IMG/VR virus record: IMGVR_UViG_3300023252_000178
Span: 1-33,495 of that record
Origin: a virus
Taxonomy: Duplodnaviria > Caudoviricetes
Direction: 5' to 3' (one strand)
Length of the DNA stretch: 33,495 nt
Shown: positions 31,999 through 33,495 of the stretch, one piece after another
Position numbering within the stretch: the stretch's first letter is position 1
Layout of the letters: each line of letters opens with the position of its first letter
Translations under genes and position numbers: made by a program
The notes under the pieces: model-generated
The model's input: the letters and a program-made list of their open reading frames with translations, nothing else
Databases searched by the model: none
Told to the model about the DNA's origin: nothing

Positions 31999-33495
31999 TC
32001 ATTTCATCGTCGGCATAGAGAACTCGACTCCCTCCCGAACTCCCGAAGATGGCCAGCGCTGAGTGACCGTTTTACGCCTGCTATAGAAACGAACGGCATC
32101 CGGCCCGTAGGCATGCAAATCGCCAAATAACGAACGTTTCCAGCCACCAAAGCTATGATAGGCGACAGGTACAGGTAGCGGTACGTTGACACCGACCATG
32201 CCGACCTTGATGTTGTCAGAGAAGTATCGGGCAGCTTCACCATCGCGAGTGAAGATACAGGTGCCATTACCGTATTCATGAGCATCGATCAGTTGCATCG
32301 CCTCTTGCATGCTCTGCGCACGTACGATCAACAGCACCGGCCCGAAGATCTCTTCCTTGTAGCAGCGCATGCCGGGTTTGACTTGATCAATCAATGTCCC
32401 CCCAACAAAAAAACCGCTCTCGCAAGCTGAAACCTGAATGCTTCGACCATCCACTACGACCTCTGCGCCCTCCTCTTCTGCACTGTCGATGTACCCGATC
32501 ACTTTTTGCTGATGTTGACGAGTGATCAAAGGGCCAAAGTCGTTGCTCTTGTCTTGATAGGCGCCGACCTTGAGACTGGTCATTGCTTCGCGCATTTTGC
32601 TGATCAAGGCATCGGCTGTTGCATCACCTACTGTGACCGCTACCGACAGAGCCATGCATCGTTCCCCTGATGATCCAAATGCAGCCCCTACCAACTGGTT
32701 GACCGCATTATCGATGTCCGCATCTGGCATGACGATGGCGTGGTTTTTTGCTCCACCCAATGCTTGGCAACGTTTGCCATTTGCCGCAGCTGTCCGGTAG
32801 ATGTACTCAGCGATTGGTGTCGAGCCTACAAAACTTACCGCCTGGACACGATGGTCGTGGAGTAAGGTATCAACGGCTTCCTTGTCACCATTGACCACGC
32901 TCATGACGCCATTCGGTAAACCAGCTTCCTGCAGCAGTTGGGCGATGAACAGGGTTGAACTTGGATCGCGCTCGGAAGGCTTCAGGATGAAACAGTTACC
33001 GCAGGCAATCGCCATAGGAAACATCCACAGTGGCACCATCGCTGGGAAGTTGAATGGCGTGATTCCAGCAACTACACCCAGCGGTTGAAACTCACTCCAA
33101 GAATCGATATTGGGGCCAACATTTTTGCTGTGTTCCCCTTTGAGCAACTCGGGCACACCACACGCATATTCAACATTTTCGATGCCCCGCTGAAGCTCGC
33201 CCATTGCATCGTGGACAATTTTCCCGTGCTCTTCACCAATCATTTGGCAGATACGTTCGGCATTCTGCTCAAGCAGTTCTTTGAAGCGAAACATCACCCG
33301 CGCGCGCTTGATAGGTGGTGTGTTGCGCCACTCAGGAAAAGCCGCTTCAGCGGCAGCAATGGCTTTTTCGACCGTTAGTTTCGAGGCCAGCGCAACCTGT
33401 TTGGTGACTTCGCCCGTCGCAGGATTGAACACGTCCTGAGTGCGCTCAGTGTCAGTGACAATCTGGCCGTTGATCAGATGACCTACAGTAATCAT
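31999..33495 (-). CDS. mmsA: CoA-acylating methylmalonate/malonate-semialdehyde dehydrogenase (start codon at window edge)
   Basis: ITPFNFPAMVPLW, KPSERDP, SFVGSTP, LGGAKNH, GSSGERCMA (catalytic Cys), EEIFGP, VNVPLPVP. Confidence 0.93.
   Translation of the reverse strand: MITVGHLINGQIVTDTERTQDVFNPATGEVTKQVALASKLTVEKAIAAAEAAFPEWRNTPPIKRARVMFRFKELLEQNAERICQMIGEEHGKIVHDAMGELQRGIENVEYACGVPELLKGEHSKNVGPNIDSWSEFQPLGVVAGITPFNFPAMVPLWMFPMAIACGNCFILKPSERDPSSTLFIAQLLQEAGLPNGVMSVVNGDKEAVDTLLHDHRVQAVSFVGSTPIAEYIYRTAAANGKRCQALGGAKNHAIVMPDADIDNAVNQLVGAAFGSSGERCMALSVAVTVGDATADALISKMREAMTSLKVGAYQDKSNDFGPLITRQHQQKVIGYIDSAEEEGAEVVVDGRSIQVSACESGFFVGGTLIDQVKPGMRCYKEEIFGPVLLIVRAQSMQEAMQLIDAHEYGNGTCIFTRDGEAARYFSDNIKVGMVGVNVPLPVPVAYHSFGGWKRSLFGDLHAYGPDAVRFYSRRKTVTQRWPSSGVREGVEFSMPTMK

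Larger units (their letters stand above)
28944..33495. mobile_element. Second integrative element (genomic island) abutting the prophage; right boundary not determined
   Basis: P4-type integrase next to the tRNA fragment, G-rich repeats upstream of it, IS remnant. Confidence 0.6.

Overview
Positions 1-~28943 are the integrase-proximal arm of a lambdoid temperate prophage, probably in a Pseudomonas host (inferred from the tRNA-Pro(GGG) fragment and the gene families). It continues past the left edge. Left to right: terminase large (partial) and small subunits; a holin-like membrane pair; a Q-like antiterminator; NinG/NinB; replication genes with an iteron origin; Rha/antirepressor; CII, Cro and CI with clear OR/OL operators; an accessory block downstream of cI; the pL early operon (structured non-coding segments, RecT, YqaJ, DUF2303, two DNA methyltransferases, DUF4406); then Xis, Int and a tRNA-Pro 3'-half att site. 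Right of att is a second element with a P4-type integrase, a decayed IS3-family element and a CoA-acylating methylmalonate-semialdehyde dehydrogenase gene. The best candidates for undescribed biology are: (1) a RelE/HigB-like toxin + HTH antitoxin + DUF6941-like three-gene cassette at the rexAB position; (2) an autoregulated KorC-like repressor + tail-anchored protein moron with a perfect palindromic operator in its promoter; (3) a tRNA-like kissing-loop RNA and other dense RNA structure in the pL operon; (4) a recurring CGCGCCAC-N20/21-GTGGCGCG element at module junctions; (5) several AT-rich antisense morons, one with a HEPN-like motif. Family assignments come from motif recognition and recall only; no searches or folding programs were run.
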